Position numbers and translations under genes: made by a program
The notes under the pieces: generated by a model
Told to the model about the DNA's origin: nothing
Seen by the model: the letters and a program-made list of their open reading frames with translations, nothing else
Databases searched by the model: none
Assembly (NCBI GenBank): GCA_038888155.1
Contig: JAWAJB010000004.1
Span: 32,001-96,000 of the forward strand
Origin: Desulfurococcaceae archaeon
GTDB taxonomy: Archaea; Thermoproteota; Thermoprotei_A; Sulfolobales; Desulfurococcaceae
Direction: 5' to 3'
DNA: 64,000 nucleotides
Shown here: positions 50,164 through 60,229 of the stretch, one piece after another
How positions within the stretch are numbered: the stretch's first letter is position 1
Layout: every line of letters starts with the position of its first letter

Positions 50164-51483
50164 ATGGATATACATGTGATCTTTCTTTACGATAATAGAG
50201 CTAAGTACGGGATCAACGCTGTCATCGCCGCTATAGATAACCTAAAAAAAGTAAAAATACACTTAATTAGTAACATAGAGGAGATCCTCGCTTTAGCAGC
50301 CTCTATTAAATTAAAGGGTTGTAAATGCGTTGTTGGTTTGAGTTTATTTTCCACTATGCTTGTTGAGAACGATAACTACATTAAGATAAAGCACGCTATA
50401 GCTGAGCTAAAAAGGCTGGGTTGTATGGTTGTAGGAGGGGGGCCCCACGCTACGGGCGATCCAGTTGGCTCACTTTTCAGCCTAGGGTTCAACTATGTTT
50501 TCCTAGGAGAAGCGGAAAGCTCATTTAAGGAGTTTATTTTATCAATTCAACAGGGACTAGATGAGCGTAGCGTTAAGGGGATAGCCTATTTAGATGAAAA
50601 TAACAAGTTCGTCTTCACTGGGCGCAGTAAACCGTTAGACTTAGACGAATTCGAGCCTTTCCCTTACTGGAGGGGTATATTCAACCCTATAGAGATTACT
50701 AGAGGCTGTCCATACGGATGTTCCTATTGCCAGGTCTCGTACATGCACGGGTTTCAATATAGGCACCGAAGTTCCGAGAAAATACAATTCTACGCACGAG
50801 AGATGTCCAAGAAAGGATATAGAGACGTGAGATTCCTTACACCTAATGGACTGGCTTACGGACAAAAATATCCAGGTAGAGAACTGAACACTGAAGCCCT
50901 AGAGAACCTCCTCATTGGCGTAAAGAAATCACTGCGCGAAGTTAATGGCAGATTGTTCCTTGGATCTTTCCCTAGCGAAATAAGGCCAGAATACGTTACA
51001 GAGGACTCATTAAGGGTCTTAAAGAAATACGTGGCCAATAAAAACATAATTATCGGCGCTCAATCGGGCAGCAATAGGGTATTAAAAGAGATAAGGAGGA
51101 GTCACACCGTAGAAGATGTATTGAATGCTGCCTGCTTGTCAATAGAACATGGATTTACACCCCACGTAGATCTAATTATTGGCTTCCCAAGGGAGTCTAT
51201 TGATGATATGGAGAAGACGCTTGATCTCGCAACGAAAATCGTAGAATTGGGGGGCAGGATACATCTACACTACTTTCTGCCTCTGCCTGGAACTCCATTA
51301 GGTGCGAAAAATCCTTCGATCTTACCGCTCTCGATTAAGAAAAAGCTTCTGCATATAACGGGCTCGGGAAAGGCATATGGTAGCTGGCTTAAACAAGAGG
51401 AAATATCATGGAAAATGGTCGATCTACGCTTGAAAGGAGTAATGAGTGCTAGCGGCAGAAGCGCTTCACCGATTTATACATGA
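50164..51483 (+). CDS. B12-binding domain/radical SAM protein (TIGR04013-like)
   Basis: GGPHATGDP, EITRGCPYGCSYCQ, GSFPSE.RPE, GAQSGS, HYF.PLPGTP. Confidence 0.85.
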   Translation: MDIHVIFLYDNRAKYGINAVIAAIDNLKKVKIHLISNIEEILALAASIKLKGCKCVVGLSLFSTMLVENDNYIKIKHAIAELKRLGCMVVGGGPHATGDPVGSLFSLGFNYVFLGEAESSFKEFILSIQQGLDERSVKGIAYLDENNKFVFTGRSKPLDLDEFEPFPYWRGIFNPIEITRGCPYGCSYCQVSYMHGFQYRHRSSEKIQFYAREMSKKGYRDVRFLTPNGLAYGQKYPGRELNTEALENLLIGVKKSLREVNGRLFLGSFPSEIRPEYVTEDSLRVLKKYVANKNIIIGAQSGSNRVLKEIRRSHTVEDVLNAACLSIEHGFTPHVDLIIGFPRESIDDMEKTLDLATKIVELGGRIHLHYFLPLPGTPLGAKNPSILPLSIKKKLLHITGSGKAYGSWLKQEEISWKMVDLRLKGVMSASGRSASPIYT

Positions 51484-51572
51484 TTAGATTTAAAACGCGC
51501 GCTGCAAAAACTACAAACTTGCAAGCCTTGAGGTTTTATTAACGTGAACGATATATATTGGAGAGAGTGAAA

Positions 51573-52019
51573 CTACCTGTTAACCCGCGAGCGTTGTGCA
51601 ACGCTGTTGCCGCTTTTAATATCAATGTAGTTAGCTAAACCCTGGCAATAAACGGGGTCGTAGAATCCCCCCTCGTAACACCTACTAATGTACTGACAGG
51701 ATAGGCAAGGTAAGTCTATTACTCTCTCGAATAATTCACGAAGAGTTAAAACAGTTTCTCCTCCCTTCTCTAAAGCTCGGAGTATAGTTTCTTTGTTTGC
51801 TTTGATCTTATACGTCTTTCTTTTGTTATGTACAACAACTTCTCTCTTCACAAGCCCAAGCTTCTCTAACTTATATAGAGACTTAGTAACGACCTTTGCG
51901 TCGAGTCCTATCATTTTTGGCAAATCGCTTTGAAAAATAGTCTCATCAGCTCTATAAATCCACTTCAAGATTGCTATATCGTACTTATTCAATGAAAAGT
52001 TACTCAATGTAGACACCAA
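51573..52019 (-). CDS. Transcription factor TFEbeta (RPC34-like wHTH plus Fe-S domain)
   Basis: wHTH (IFQSDL...GLD.K..) plus PCLSCxxxxxC...P..C; sits downstream of tfb and gar1 as in other Crenarchaeota. Confidence 0.75.
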   Translation of the reverse strand: MVSTLSNFSLNKYDIAILKWIYRADETIFQSDLPKMIGLDAKVVTKSLYKLEKLGLVKREVVVHNKRKTYKIKANKETILRALEKGGETVLTLRELFERVIDLPCLSCQYISRCYEGGFYDPVYCQGLANYIDIKSGNSVAQRSRVNR

Positions 52020-52158
52020 GCAGGCTGTACTAAACCAGTTACACTGGAAAGTTCTCTAAAAGGCATAATATATTTTATTTTGAGAGGGCTTATTAGAAGT
52101 AACAACGGCTTTGTTAGTAGCATATTCTACAATGCTCGCCAAATCGCGCTGAGGTTTT

Positions 52159-53028
52159 CTAGATTAATACTTCTATGTCTAGGGCTCGTACCAGTGTATT
52201 GTACGTGTTTCTGATAGCAACATCTGTTTGTCCAACAACGTTGCCCACTTCCAGCTGATTTCTCCTATCGCCTGTTAGTATTCCAGCTAGGTAAACAGCA
52301 GCTGCAGCAAGGCTGACGGGGCTCTTTCCGCTTAGGACGAAGTTGTCCTTGATGTTTGCAACTATTTCGTTAGCTAAGGCGGCTACTTCTGGGGATAGAT
52401 TCAGCTTAGTGGCTATGTAGTTGATATAATATCGCGGTTCAATAGACTCTGGCGAAAGCCTTGCTGAATTATCGCAGTCCCTAATTTTTCTAATACCTTC
52501 CCACAAGTCGCTTTCGCTCATGCCTATTTCGCGAGCGTAAACTCTAGCTGGCCGCGGGTAGCCGCATATCTTGTAGGCCAAGTACAGCGATGCCGCAACC
52601 ACTCGCTTGAGCGTTTGTTCCTTTATATTTAAGCTCTTTATAGTTTTCTGCAGAATCTCCCCAGCAGTCTCGCTAACAGCCTTGGGAGGCTTTAAGTGCT
52701 TTATTAAATCGTTAAGCTCTTTGAGGGCTTTAACGACTTTTCTATCCTCCTTGGTCATTCTAGCATCTATGTTTCTAGCGACCCAGGTTCTACCTTGCTT
52801 AATGTGAAAGCGGAGACTTCCTGAAATTTCGGTGCTTCCTACTCCATGGTCATGAACTCTATGAGTAAATGACCCGCTGTACCTTGGCAGGAAATCCTCT
52901 TTGTTAAATCCCTCAGAGCCCTGGTAGATGGGTTTGTCGTCAATTACCGTTCCGCATTGAGAACAAACGTAGGCCTGCAACTCGCTGTCAAACACTACGT
53001 TCATCATTTTGCAGGCAGGACATTGCAT
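52159..53028 (-). CDS. tfb: Transcription initiation factor IIB (TFB2-like)
   Basis: Zinc ribbon CPAC...C..CG.VI, VHDHG, two cyclin repeats, GKSP..LAAA.VY. Confidence 0.92.
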   Translation of the reverse strand: MQCPACKMMNVVFDSELQAYVCSQCGTVIDDKPIYQGSEGFNKEDFLPRYSGSFTHRVHDHGVGSTEISGSLRFHIKQGRTWVARNIDARMTKEDRKVVKALKELNDLIKHLKPPKAVSETAGEILQKTIKSLNIKEQTLKRVVAASLYLAYKICGYPRPARVYAREIGMSESDLWEGIRKIRDCDNSARLSPESIEPRYYINYIATKLNLSPEVAALANEIVANIKDNFVLSGKSPVSLAAAAVYLAGILTGDRRNQLEVGNVVGQTDVAIRNTYNTLVRALDIEVLI

Positions 53029-53037
53029 GGCGCTCGA

Positions 53038-53316
53038 TCACCTCCTTCCTCGCTTTTTCGGCTTTCTTGGCGAAATTGCGCAATATAGAGTCTCCTTACG
53101 CGAAGCTACTAGCTCCCCTAGGTCTCGATTGTACAATCTCACAACAAGTCGCGGATCATCAATGCGGCCGATAACATCAACGACGACACCAATAGAGTGC
53201 CCGCCACCATTCTCTACTGACAAACCAATAAAATTGAGCACGTCCTTGATGTACGGTTTAACTATTAAGAAGCCTTCATGAGTGTAAGACTCCGTAATGC
53301 CAAGAGTAATTTTCAA
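53038..53316 (-). CDS. gar1: H/ACA RNP protein Gar1
   Basis: IG.V.DVIG..D.P..VV; basic tail. Confidence 0.85.
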   Translation of the reverse strand: MKITLGITESYTHEGFLIVKPYIKDVLNFIGLSVENGGGHSIGVVVDVIGRIDDPRLVVRLYNRDLGELVASRKETLYCAISPRKPKKRGRR

Positions 53317-53560
53317 AGGTGGGTATCACCTCACGTGCCCAACCTCTAGGTAATACCTGGATCTTTATTTAAGCCATGTAGTTATTCAAGTCATTTAGGT
53401 ATCATTTGTTGAAGCTATGACTTTATTTAATCAGTGACGTACATGTTCGCGTAACACATTATATCAATAATTTTTGCCAAACGTTAAGGTGCGCGAAGGA
53501 AGTTAGACGCAGTTGATTGTCTCATTATCACTCTTCGGAGGAAGAAAATACCAATACGAC

Positions 53561-53875
53561 CTATCGCTTATCTAAGCCCTCATTATACTTCCTGTACTCT
53601 TTAAGTCCTCTGGCAATGCAGTAAAGCGTTTTTAGCTTGCTTCCCTGTTTATTGACAGAAATCCTTCCTCTAAGTGGCGTATATCTTGGGTGCGCCTTAT
53701 CGTGCTCTAAGATAGGATTCAGCCCAAGATCCTCGCAGACTTTAAGCAACTCTTCTAGTGAAGTACTGGGAATTGCTAGGTTTAATGGCACCTTTCTGCC
53801 CTTCTGCCTACTCAAATTCGCACTAAAGTAGTTCGGGTAAACATATATTCGACTAGCCCTATGATCTCTGCTCAA
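53561..53875 (-). CDS. srp19: Signal recognition particle 19 kDa protein
   Basis: YP.YF....SR..GRKVP...A, DKAHPR, GR..V.K..SK. Confidence 0.92.
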   Translation of the reverse strand: MSRDHRASRIYVYPNYFSANLSRQKGRKVPLNLAIPSTSLEELLKVCEDLGLNPILEHDKAHPRYTPLRGRISVNKQGSKLKTLYCIARGLKEYRKYNEGLDKR

Positions 53876-53901
53876 CTAAAAGAGCACCAACAACGCGCAT
53901 T

Positions 53902-54285
53902 TTATTTCTGCTGAATTAAAATCCCGTTTAAGACGCCGTGTTGTCCAGGCCTCGATGTAATCTTAACAAGTCCAAGCTCTGTTTTAACAACAGAGCCTCG
54001 AGATATTATCTTGAACTTAGAGTTCTGTGGGTTTTCGGGGGTCTCAACAACGTCGAGGAGCTTAGTTCTCTTAATTTCTCCACCTATAGCTACATTTATA
54101 TACGAAGATGCTTTCAGCCTAACCTTAATGTTTCCTCCATAAGCTCTAATAGTCTCTCTTTCCTCTTTAGCTGCTAGGCTTGTCTTAGTTGGAGGAGAGC
54201 CTAGCTCGTATTTTCTCTTGCCCCTGTGCTCATGTTTTTTGCCACCAGATGGTTTTTTCAAATCATTGCCCTGGTAGTACGACAT
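53902..54285 (-). CDS. rps8e: 30S ribosomal protein S8e
   Basis: YQGND.KK.SGG, KRKYELG, R.YGGN.K, TSRPGQ.G..N. Confidence 0.96.
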   Translation of the reverse strand: MSYYQGNDLKKPSGGKKHEHRGKRKYELGSPPTKTSLAAKEERETIRAYGGNIKVRLKASSYINVAIGGEIKRTKLLDVVETPENPQNSKFKIISRGSVVKTELGLVKITSRPGQHGVLNGILIQQK

Positions 54286-54374
54286 AGTTTTAACACCACC
54301 TGTTACTATCAACAGTTAATTACAGGTTTTTAAGTTAAAATAATTGGGGGACGTTTGCTAGAGGAGCTAACAAC

Positions 54375-55190
54375 ATGCTGGACTTTAAAGAAGTAAGCGG
54401 GAGAATTATCGCTAATTTGTTCAGGGCATCAATAAAACCTATATACAAAGTTTATGAAAAGTTGTTGTGGATGCAAATAAGGAATGGCCCGTTTCCTCGA
54501 CACATTGGTATAATACCGGATGGAAACAGGCGCTGGGCACGCGAAAGAGGTTTGAATCCATCCGCAGGACACCTGTTTGGGTATGAGAAGATAAAAGAAG
54601 TTTTGAAGTGGCTCTGGGAGCTGCGAATACCGTATGCTACAGTATTTGCGATGAGCACCGAAAATTGCCTGTATAGGAGCCTCCCCGAGCGGGAAAACTT
54701 GTTCACTTTAGCGAAAAAAGGTTTTAACGAGCTGTTATCTATGCCAGAGCTACACGAAAACAAAGTTAGAGTCCTCGTCGTAGGTAAATTTGATTACATA
54801 CCAGATGACTTGAAGGAGCTCGTTAAAAAACTGACAGATACGACCAGTTCATATGACCAGTACTTCCTCACAATAGCTCTATGCTATGGTGGAAGACAAG
54901 AGATAATTGACGCAGTAAAGAGGATTGCTGCAGACGTGGAGAGGGGGGCGCTGAAGTCTAACGATGTAGATGAAGAGATATTTTTGAAGTACTTATACAC
55001 TGGTGAAATACCAGATCTTGACCTAGTAGTAAGAACTAGCGGAGAGGAAAGAATAAGCAATTTTCTCCTATGGCACTCAGCTTACAGCGAGCTTTATTTC
55101 TGCGATGCATACTGGCCTGAGTTCAGGAAAATAGATTTCTGGAGAGCAATAAGGAGCTACCAAAGAAAGGAGAGGCGCTTTGGACGCTAA
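54375..55190 (+). CDS. uppS: cis-prenyltransferase (polyprenyl diphosphate synthase)
   Basis: HIGIIPDGNRRWA, STEN..R, YGGRQEI, RTSGE.R.SNFLLW, R.RRFG. Confidence 0.95.
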   Translation: MLDFKEVSGRIIANLFRASIKPIYKVYEKLLWMQIRNGPFPRHIGIIPDGNRRWARERGLNPSAGHLFGYEKIKEVLKWLWELRIPYATVFAMSTENCLYRSLPERENLFTLAKKGFNELLSMPELHENKVRVLVVGKFDYIPDDLKELVKKLTDTTSSYDQYFLTIALCYGGRQEIIDAVKRIAADVERGALKSNDVDEEIFLKYLYTGEIPDLDLVVRTSGEERISNFLLWHSAYSELYFCDAYWPEFRKIDFWRAIRSYQRKERRFGR

Positions 55191-56104
55191 TTGTCTTCTT
55201 TAAGGTCTTCTACGCTTCCGTACATTATTTTAAGCTCCTCTATAGTGAGCCTCTTCTTTGAGCGCTTCTCGATCTCTGTTGCGACCTTTTCTTTCTTTAG
55301 ATTGAGCGTTTCAGCAGCTTTAGCTTTTTCAAACATCTTTAACAAACTTTGGTAGTTCTGCCTCAAGGCGTTAAGCTTAGAAGTTAATAGTGTTATCTCA
55401 TTATTGCACTGCTCAAGCTCTTTCTTTTTTGACTCCAGCTCTTTTTTAACCTCATTATAGCGCGAGATTGTGCTGTTTACTTTTTCCTTAAGTTTGTCGA
55501 TATTTTTACTTAGCTCGTCTATGTTTTCTTTAAGCTTACTAGCCTTTTCTGAAAGTGATCCAACCTCCATCTTCAATGAAATGTAGAGTGCCCTTAACTC
55601 TTGGGCCTCCTCTTTACTTTTCTTGGCCTTATTTAATTTGTCTAGGAGCGCGTTGTACGCTCTCAGCTTCTTAATTAGCTCGTTTTCACGCTCTTGCGTT
55701 AATATGTTGGTCTGAATGGTCCACTCTATTTCTTCTACTTTCTGCTTTAGAACGCCGATAGGAATTTTTACCTCTTGTTTAACGCTCTGCCACTCAATTG
55801 TTTTCGTATTCATGAGCTCCCTTAAGGACTTTATCTCCTCTATTTTCGTTTTTCGCTGGTTGAGGACCTCCTTTAACTCAGTTATTAATTTTCTGCGGGC
55901 CTCAATTAGTTTACCTAGCTCGCCTTTAATACTTCTTATGTCCTGGAGGAGCTTGAGTTTCTGCTCTCTTAGCTTCCGGATATCTGATATTAAGGCGAGC
56001 CTTTTTTCTTTTAGGATCTTAATTGATTCACTTGTCTTGAAAAAAAGCTGGGAAATCTCATTCGCTTCCTTGGAAAGCTCTGCCGCTGTTTTACCATTAA
56101 TCAT
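55187..56104 (-). CDS. Archaeal long coiled-coil protein (COG1340-like)
   Basis: Heptad K/E/L repeats, EW..QT..L..E.E..L, KRLT.EELK. Confidence 0.75.
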   Translation of the reverse strand: MINGKTAAELSKEANEISQLFFKTSESIKILKEKRLALISDIRKLREQKLKLLQDIRSIKGELGKLIEARRKLITELKEVLNQRKTKIEEIKSLRELMNTKTIEWQSVKQEVKIPIGVLKQKVEEIEWTIQTNILTQERENELIKKLRAYNALLDKLNKAKKSKEEAQELRALYISLKMEVGSLSEKASKLKENIDELSKNIDKLKEKVNSTISRYNEVKKELESKKKELEQCNNEITLLTSKLNALRQNYQSLLKMFEKAKAAETLNLKKEKVATEIEKRSKKRLTIEELKIMYGSVEDLKEDN

Positions 56105-56108
56105 CTGA

Positions 56109-56810
56109 TTAGAGCACCTTACCTAATATGACCCTGACGTCAACAGCTATAGCGCCCTGCTGGTATACAATTATAGGGTTTAAATCAACGGACTCTATTT
56201 CCTCTAGCTCTACGAGCATTTTAGACGTCTTAGATATTATATCTGCTATTGCTTTCTTATCTGCAGGGGGGAGGCCCCTATACCCGTTCAGTATTTTTGC
56301 TGTTTTAATCTCCTCGATCATCTCAAGCGCTTCCTCGAATGTGACAGGCGAAATCCTAAATGAAACGTCTTTTAATAACTCCACGAATATTCCGCCTAGG
56401 CCGAACATAATTGCTGGACCGAACACGTGATCTCTTATCCCGCCAACGATTACCTCTAAGCCAGCTGGCGCCATTTTATACATTAGAACTCCTGAAATCC
56501 TAGCGTTGGGCACTTTACTGGGCACTACTGTGAGAATTTCCTCTACCGCTCTTTTAGTGTCATCTTTATTCATTAAACCTAGCTTTACTCCACCTACATC
56601 GCTTTTATGGGATATGTCGGGGGAAACTACCTTTAAAGCTAGTGGATAGCCTATGCTGTCTGCCAACTTGTGAGCTTCGTCTGGTGTCCTCACCAAAATA
56701 GCGTCTGGTGTAGGTATACCGTAGTACTTTGCTAGTTCAAAGGCCTCGTGCTCCAGGAGTTTATTCCTACCTTCCATGACAGCATATTTAATTATATCTT
56801 TAGGGGACAT
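56109..56810 (-). CDS. Acetate/acyl-CoA ligase (ADP-forming) beta subunit, second paralog
   Basis: LLEHEA, LKVVSPDISHKSDVGGV, GLGGIFVE..KD, DLNP. Confidence 0.92.
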   Translation of the reverse strand: MSPKDIIKYAVMEGRNKLLEHEAFELAKYYGIPTPDAILVRTPDEAHKLADSIGYPLALKVVSPDISHKSDVGGVKLGLMNKDDTKRAVEEILTVVPSKVPNARISGVLMYKMAPAGLEVIVGGIRDHVFGPAIMFGLGGIFVELLKDVSFRISPVTFEEALEMIEEIKTAKILNGYRGLPPADKKAIADIISKTSKMLVELEEIESVDLNPIIVYQQGAIAVDVRVILGKVL

Positions 56811-57293
56811 GGAAAACCTCCTAAACATTCTTCACTTTAATATAAAATACCAAGAGCTTTTAAGTACTTTATTAAGGGAAAAGATCGTTCAAAGAAATAG
56901 GGTAACGAAATACATATTCTCCCCAAGAGTAAAATCCCAGTGGAATAAGGGCATAGAGCTGTCCAGCTTGGGTGTTTCGTCCCCACCATACTCATTTGAC
57001 TGGCTTTACCAATGTGGGGGCTCTAAAATGTGCTCTCTTCACACAATAGAGAAGCTTGTTTTTAATAGAATTTATTTAGTTAATCTGCGCTGTATAGCCG
57101 CGGCAACTTAAAATATGAAACACGCTTAGCTCAGCTTTAGCTCAAGTCCCTGTGTGCTGTAGATTCCCCTTCCTGTTGATTGCAACGGTGTCTAACGATG
57201 TAGTGAAATGCCCCTTTGTAATGTCAGAATATTAGAAACTTCAACGCTTAAATTAGTTATTGGTACTATAGTTGCGATTAAAGGTGAGGGCGC

Positions 57294-57845
57294 TTGGTTA
57301 CTTACCTAGAGCTATTCCTAGAGTTCTTGAAAGTGGGTTTCCTCCTTTTCGGTGGAGGCTACGGAGGAATAGGTGTTTTTTACAGAGAGCTCGTTGAGGA
57401 GAAAATGTGGATAAGTGAGGAGGAGTTCCTGAACATACTCGGCATAGCCGAGAGCACCCCAGGACCTATAGCAATAAATGCTGCAACGTGGATTGGGTAC
57501 ATTTTAAGAGGAGTACCTGGATCTCTTTTGGCTACTTTCGCTGTTATTTTACCAAGCTATATAGTTATACTTGGTATTGTGGTAACACTCAAGCCGTACA
57601 TGGAGCACTGGGTAGCCAAGGCAATATTTCGCGGTATAAACGTTGCAGTTGTTGCAATAATATTGTATGCTCTCATAAGGTTGTCTAGCTCGGTGATTGT
57701 CAAGGGCGGAAGTGTTGATGCCGTAGCTTTAACTCTATTCTTGGCCCTTTCTTTGCTGATATTGACGATAAAGCCGAGTCCTATTGTAGTTATTGTGCTG
57801 GCCTCAGTAGTAAGCCTACTAGTTAAACTGCTTATTGGACTATAG
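57294..57845 (+). CDS. Short-chain chromate transporter (CHR family)
   Basis: FGGGY, W.SEEEF, AESTPGP.A.N.AT..GY. Confidence 0.88.
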   Translation: MVTYLELFLEFLKVGFLLFGGGYGGIGVFYRELVEEKMWISEEEFLNILGIAESTPGPIAINAATWIGYILRGVPGSLLATFAVILPSYIVILGIVVTLKPYMEHWVAKAIFRGINVAVVAIILYALIRLSSSVIVKGGSVDAVALTLFLALSLLILTIKPSPIVVIVLASVVSLLVKLLIGL

Positions 57846-58020
57846 GGGTTAACGTACTCGCGAGGCGAGCAGAGTTAAGTAATCACAACATATATTTGAC
57901 TGGCTACGAAGTGTTCTTGGCTAATGCATGACGGAAAGCCCCCATGTAGAATGGGCCCAAGCGAAAATAAGTAACAGAGGGCTCCTGCTACCAGGGAGAA
58001 TAGACATCCCGCAAATTAGC

Positions 58021-58080
58021 GCCCTTCAGGCTTCGGGAGAGTCTTCACCTCTCCGTTTTCGACAAAGTCATCATCAGGCT
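58021..58080 (-). ncRNA. Box C/D guide sRNA
   Basis: Reverse complement ATGATGA (C)-CTTTGTCGAAAA-CGGA (D')-GAG-GTGAAGA (C')-CTCTCCCGAAGC-CTGA (D), with a GCC/GGC terminal stem; D guide complementary to 23S CUUCGGGAGA. Confidence 0.85.
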
Positions 58081-58150
58081 TGAAGGCATCATTATTTAAT
58101 ACAGGAAACAGCGCTTTATTAATTGGCAAATTCGCTTTAAGGATGCTCTA

Positions 58151-58660
58151 TTGGTGCTTCTTATGACACAACCAAATATGTTTAAATGTGTTAAAGAAAA
58201 CCAACGCTTCGCGTGCGACGAAGGCATTGCTACGGTCCACTCGGATACAGTAATAGAGTTGAAGTTTGACTCTCCGGCTTACGTTCTCTTCGCTCACATA
58301 CCAAAGGAAACGGTAATATGCTCTGGGTTAAGTTTCCAAGTTCACATCTGGGGCAACAACAAATACACCTTATGGGAGTTCCCAAAGGGCACTAATTACT
58401 GCGCGGTTTTCAGAGACGTTTTCTTGGACGAATGCGTAGATAGGCTATTCGTTGTTTCTAGTGCTCCAAACGCTTGTAGCAAATTGGCGTTTTCTTCCTG
58501 CGAGAAAGCGCTGCTCAGTGCACTACATAGAATTGGTCTGCCCCTTTTCATTGCGGTAGGTAGCTTTACCTACCATGAACTTCAACCTAACATCTTAAAA
58601 CACAACTCAGAAGAGGAGTGTCAAAGAAAAATAAAAATGCTTATAATGCGCAGCGATTAA
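58151..58660 (+). CDS. Hypothetical Cys-rich protein
   Basis: 169 aa ORF upstream of tatD; no recognised motif. Confidence 0.5.
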   Translation: MVLLMTQPNMFKCVKENQRFACDEGIATVHSDTVIELKFDSPAYVLFAHIPKETVICSGLSFQVHIWGNNKYTLWEFPKGTNYCAVFRDVFLDECVDRLFVVSSAPNACSKLAFSSCEKALLSALHRIGLPLFIAVGSFTYHELQPNILKHNSEEECQRKIKMLIMRSD

Positions 58661-58693
58661 AATTCTGCTTGAATTACTAGAGGTCCTAATAAG

Positions 58694-59419
58694 ATGATTA
58701 TAGACATGCACGTTCACTGCACAGAATTGAAGGATATCGGCAAATATGCAGGTAAAATAACCCTCGTATGCGTAGCAGATGATCTCCAGTCTAGCAGAAA
58801 CGTTGTTGAGCTCTCCCTTAAATACCGACACGTCGAACCGTGCGTTGGCATACATCCCTGGAATGCAGATAAGTACAGTGCACAAGAAATGAAAAGCCTA
58901 TTTGAACAGTATATTAAAAGCGGCAAGGTAAGGTGCTTGGGGGAAGTGGGTTTAGACAAAAGAACTAGGCATGATACGCTTAATAAGCAACGCGAGCTTT
59001 TTGATCTCACAGTATCATACGCGAAGGAATACGATTTGGTTTTAAACCTGCATGCCTCAAACGCGTGGAGAGAAGTATTCGATGTCGTGTACTCTTCGGG
59101 AATAGATAAAGTGTTTTTTCATTGGTACACAGGACCCTTGGATTTGCTACACTCAATTCAAGAAGTTGGTTACTACATAGGGGTTAACCCTGCCTGGAAA
59201 ATACAACCTAAACACAGAGTGATTGCAGATCTCGCCGAGATAAAGAACATAATTACCGAGAGCGATGCTCCCTACAATTACAGGGAAATTACTTTGGCTC
59301 CAGAATTAATCGAAGAGACCTTGAACTACCTCTCTTATTCAAGGGGAATAGAGCTCTATAGTTTAGTGAACTCTATATACAAGAACTTTACGAGCTTATT
59401 TGGAAATAGAAAGAACTAG
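58694..59419 (+). CDS. TatD-family hydrolase
   Basis: D.HVH, GIHPW, GEVGLD, NLH, FHW, TESDAP. Confidence 0.9.
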   Translation: MIIDMHVHCTELKDIGKYAGKITLVCVADDLQSSRNVVELSLKYRHVEPCVGIHPWNADKYSAQEMKSLFEQYIKSGKVRCLGEVGLDKRTRHDTLNKQRELFDLTVSYAKEYDLVLNLHASNAWREVFDVVYSSGIDKVFFHWYTGPLDLLHSIQEVGYYIGVNPAWKIQPKHRVIADLAEIKNIITESDAPYNYREITLAPELIEETLNYLSYSRGIELYSLVNSIYKNFTSLFGNRKN

Positions 59420-59420
59420 T

Positions 59421-60080
59421 CTACTTACTAATTAAACTTAGAGCTTCCAATATTAGCTCTCTTATTTTCGCGATGTCTTCAAGGAGCTTGTTGTACTTTG
59501 CAGATATCTCTGCTCTATCCCTTGAAATGCTCTCTACTTCTTCTTTTAGTTTCTGTATGGTTGCTTCCCTCTCTGCCATTGAGCCTCTTAGCGCCTCTAG
59601 TTCCTCTCGGCATTGATAGAGTCCCTTGATCTCTTCCTCGAGAGCTCTGTTCTGTTCCTTCAACTTCTCCACTTCAAGTTTCAACAGCGAGAGCTCTCCG
59701 CTAGTATCAGTTTCAGCGGCCTTGACAAATGGTATAGCTAGCTTTAATTCCCCTCTCTTCAGTTTTTCATACGTCTCGGCTACTAGTTTACCTACCCTCG
59801 TTTTTTGATTTAAGTGCCCCTTTACAGTTAACTCGGACCTACCTAGTTCCTCCGAGATCTGGGATATTGGTATGCCGGCCTTGTACCTAGCAAAAGCTGC
59901 CGCTGCTACGCCTAAGCTATCTATCCAAGTGGATCTCTCGATAGGATCATTAGCTAATTCTAGTACTTCTGGTCTATAGAGCGTTCCCACTATTAAAGCC
60001 ATCTCCAGCTGACTAATTTCCCTTTTTCCCAGGGGCTTAGTTGGTATATTGCTGAGATCTATTAATGCTTGTCCTTGCAC
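59421..60080 (-). CDS. Predicted transcriptional regulator (COG1318-like) with a coiled-coil tail
   Basis: P....EI..LE.AL...TL.RP, ER.TW.DSL..AA.A.AR.KAG, I..ELGR.E.T...HL...T..GKLV. Confidence 0.8.
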   Translation of the reverse strand: MQGQALIDLSNIPTKPLGKREISQLEMALIVGTLYRPEVLELANDPIERSTWIDSLGVAAAAFARYKAGIPISQISEELGRSELTVKGHLNQKTRVGKLVAETYEKLKRGELKLAIPFVKAAETDTSGELSLLKLEVEKLKEQNRALEEEIKGLYQCREELEALRGSMAEREATIQKLKEEVESISRDRAEISAKYNKLLEDIAKIRELILEALSLISK

Positions 60081-60229
60081 AGAAGCTACACCTAAGAGGG
60101 GTTTCTATAGTACAAAATCCGTAGTATATTATTTGCTAGAGATAATTAAAAATGTTAAAAACTCGAGTGTTGCCCAATAAATGAAGCCCCCAAACAAAAT
60201 ACTTCGAAACTAAAGCTCGTATATAAAAC

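Noticed and set aside
56994-57905. 12-bp direct repeat ATTTGACTGGCT (56994 and 57894) flanking the chromate transporter
   Set aside because: A 12-mer pair within ~1 kb is expected by chance in 64 kb; no IS ends or transposase
57846-58020. Short hairpins followed by ACA, a possible H/ACA RNA
   Set aside because: No convincing K-turn or pseudouridylation pocket could be built by eye
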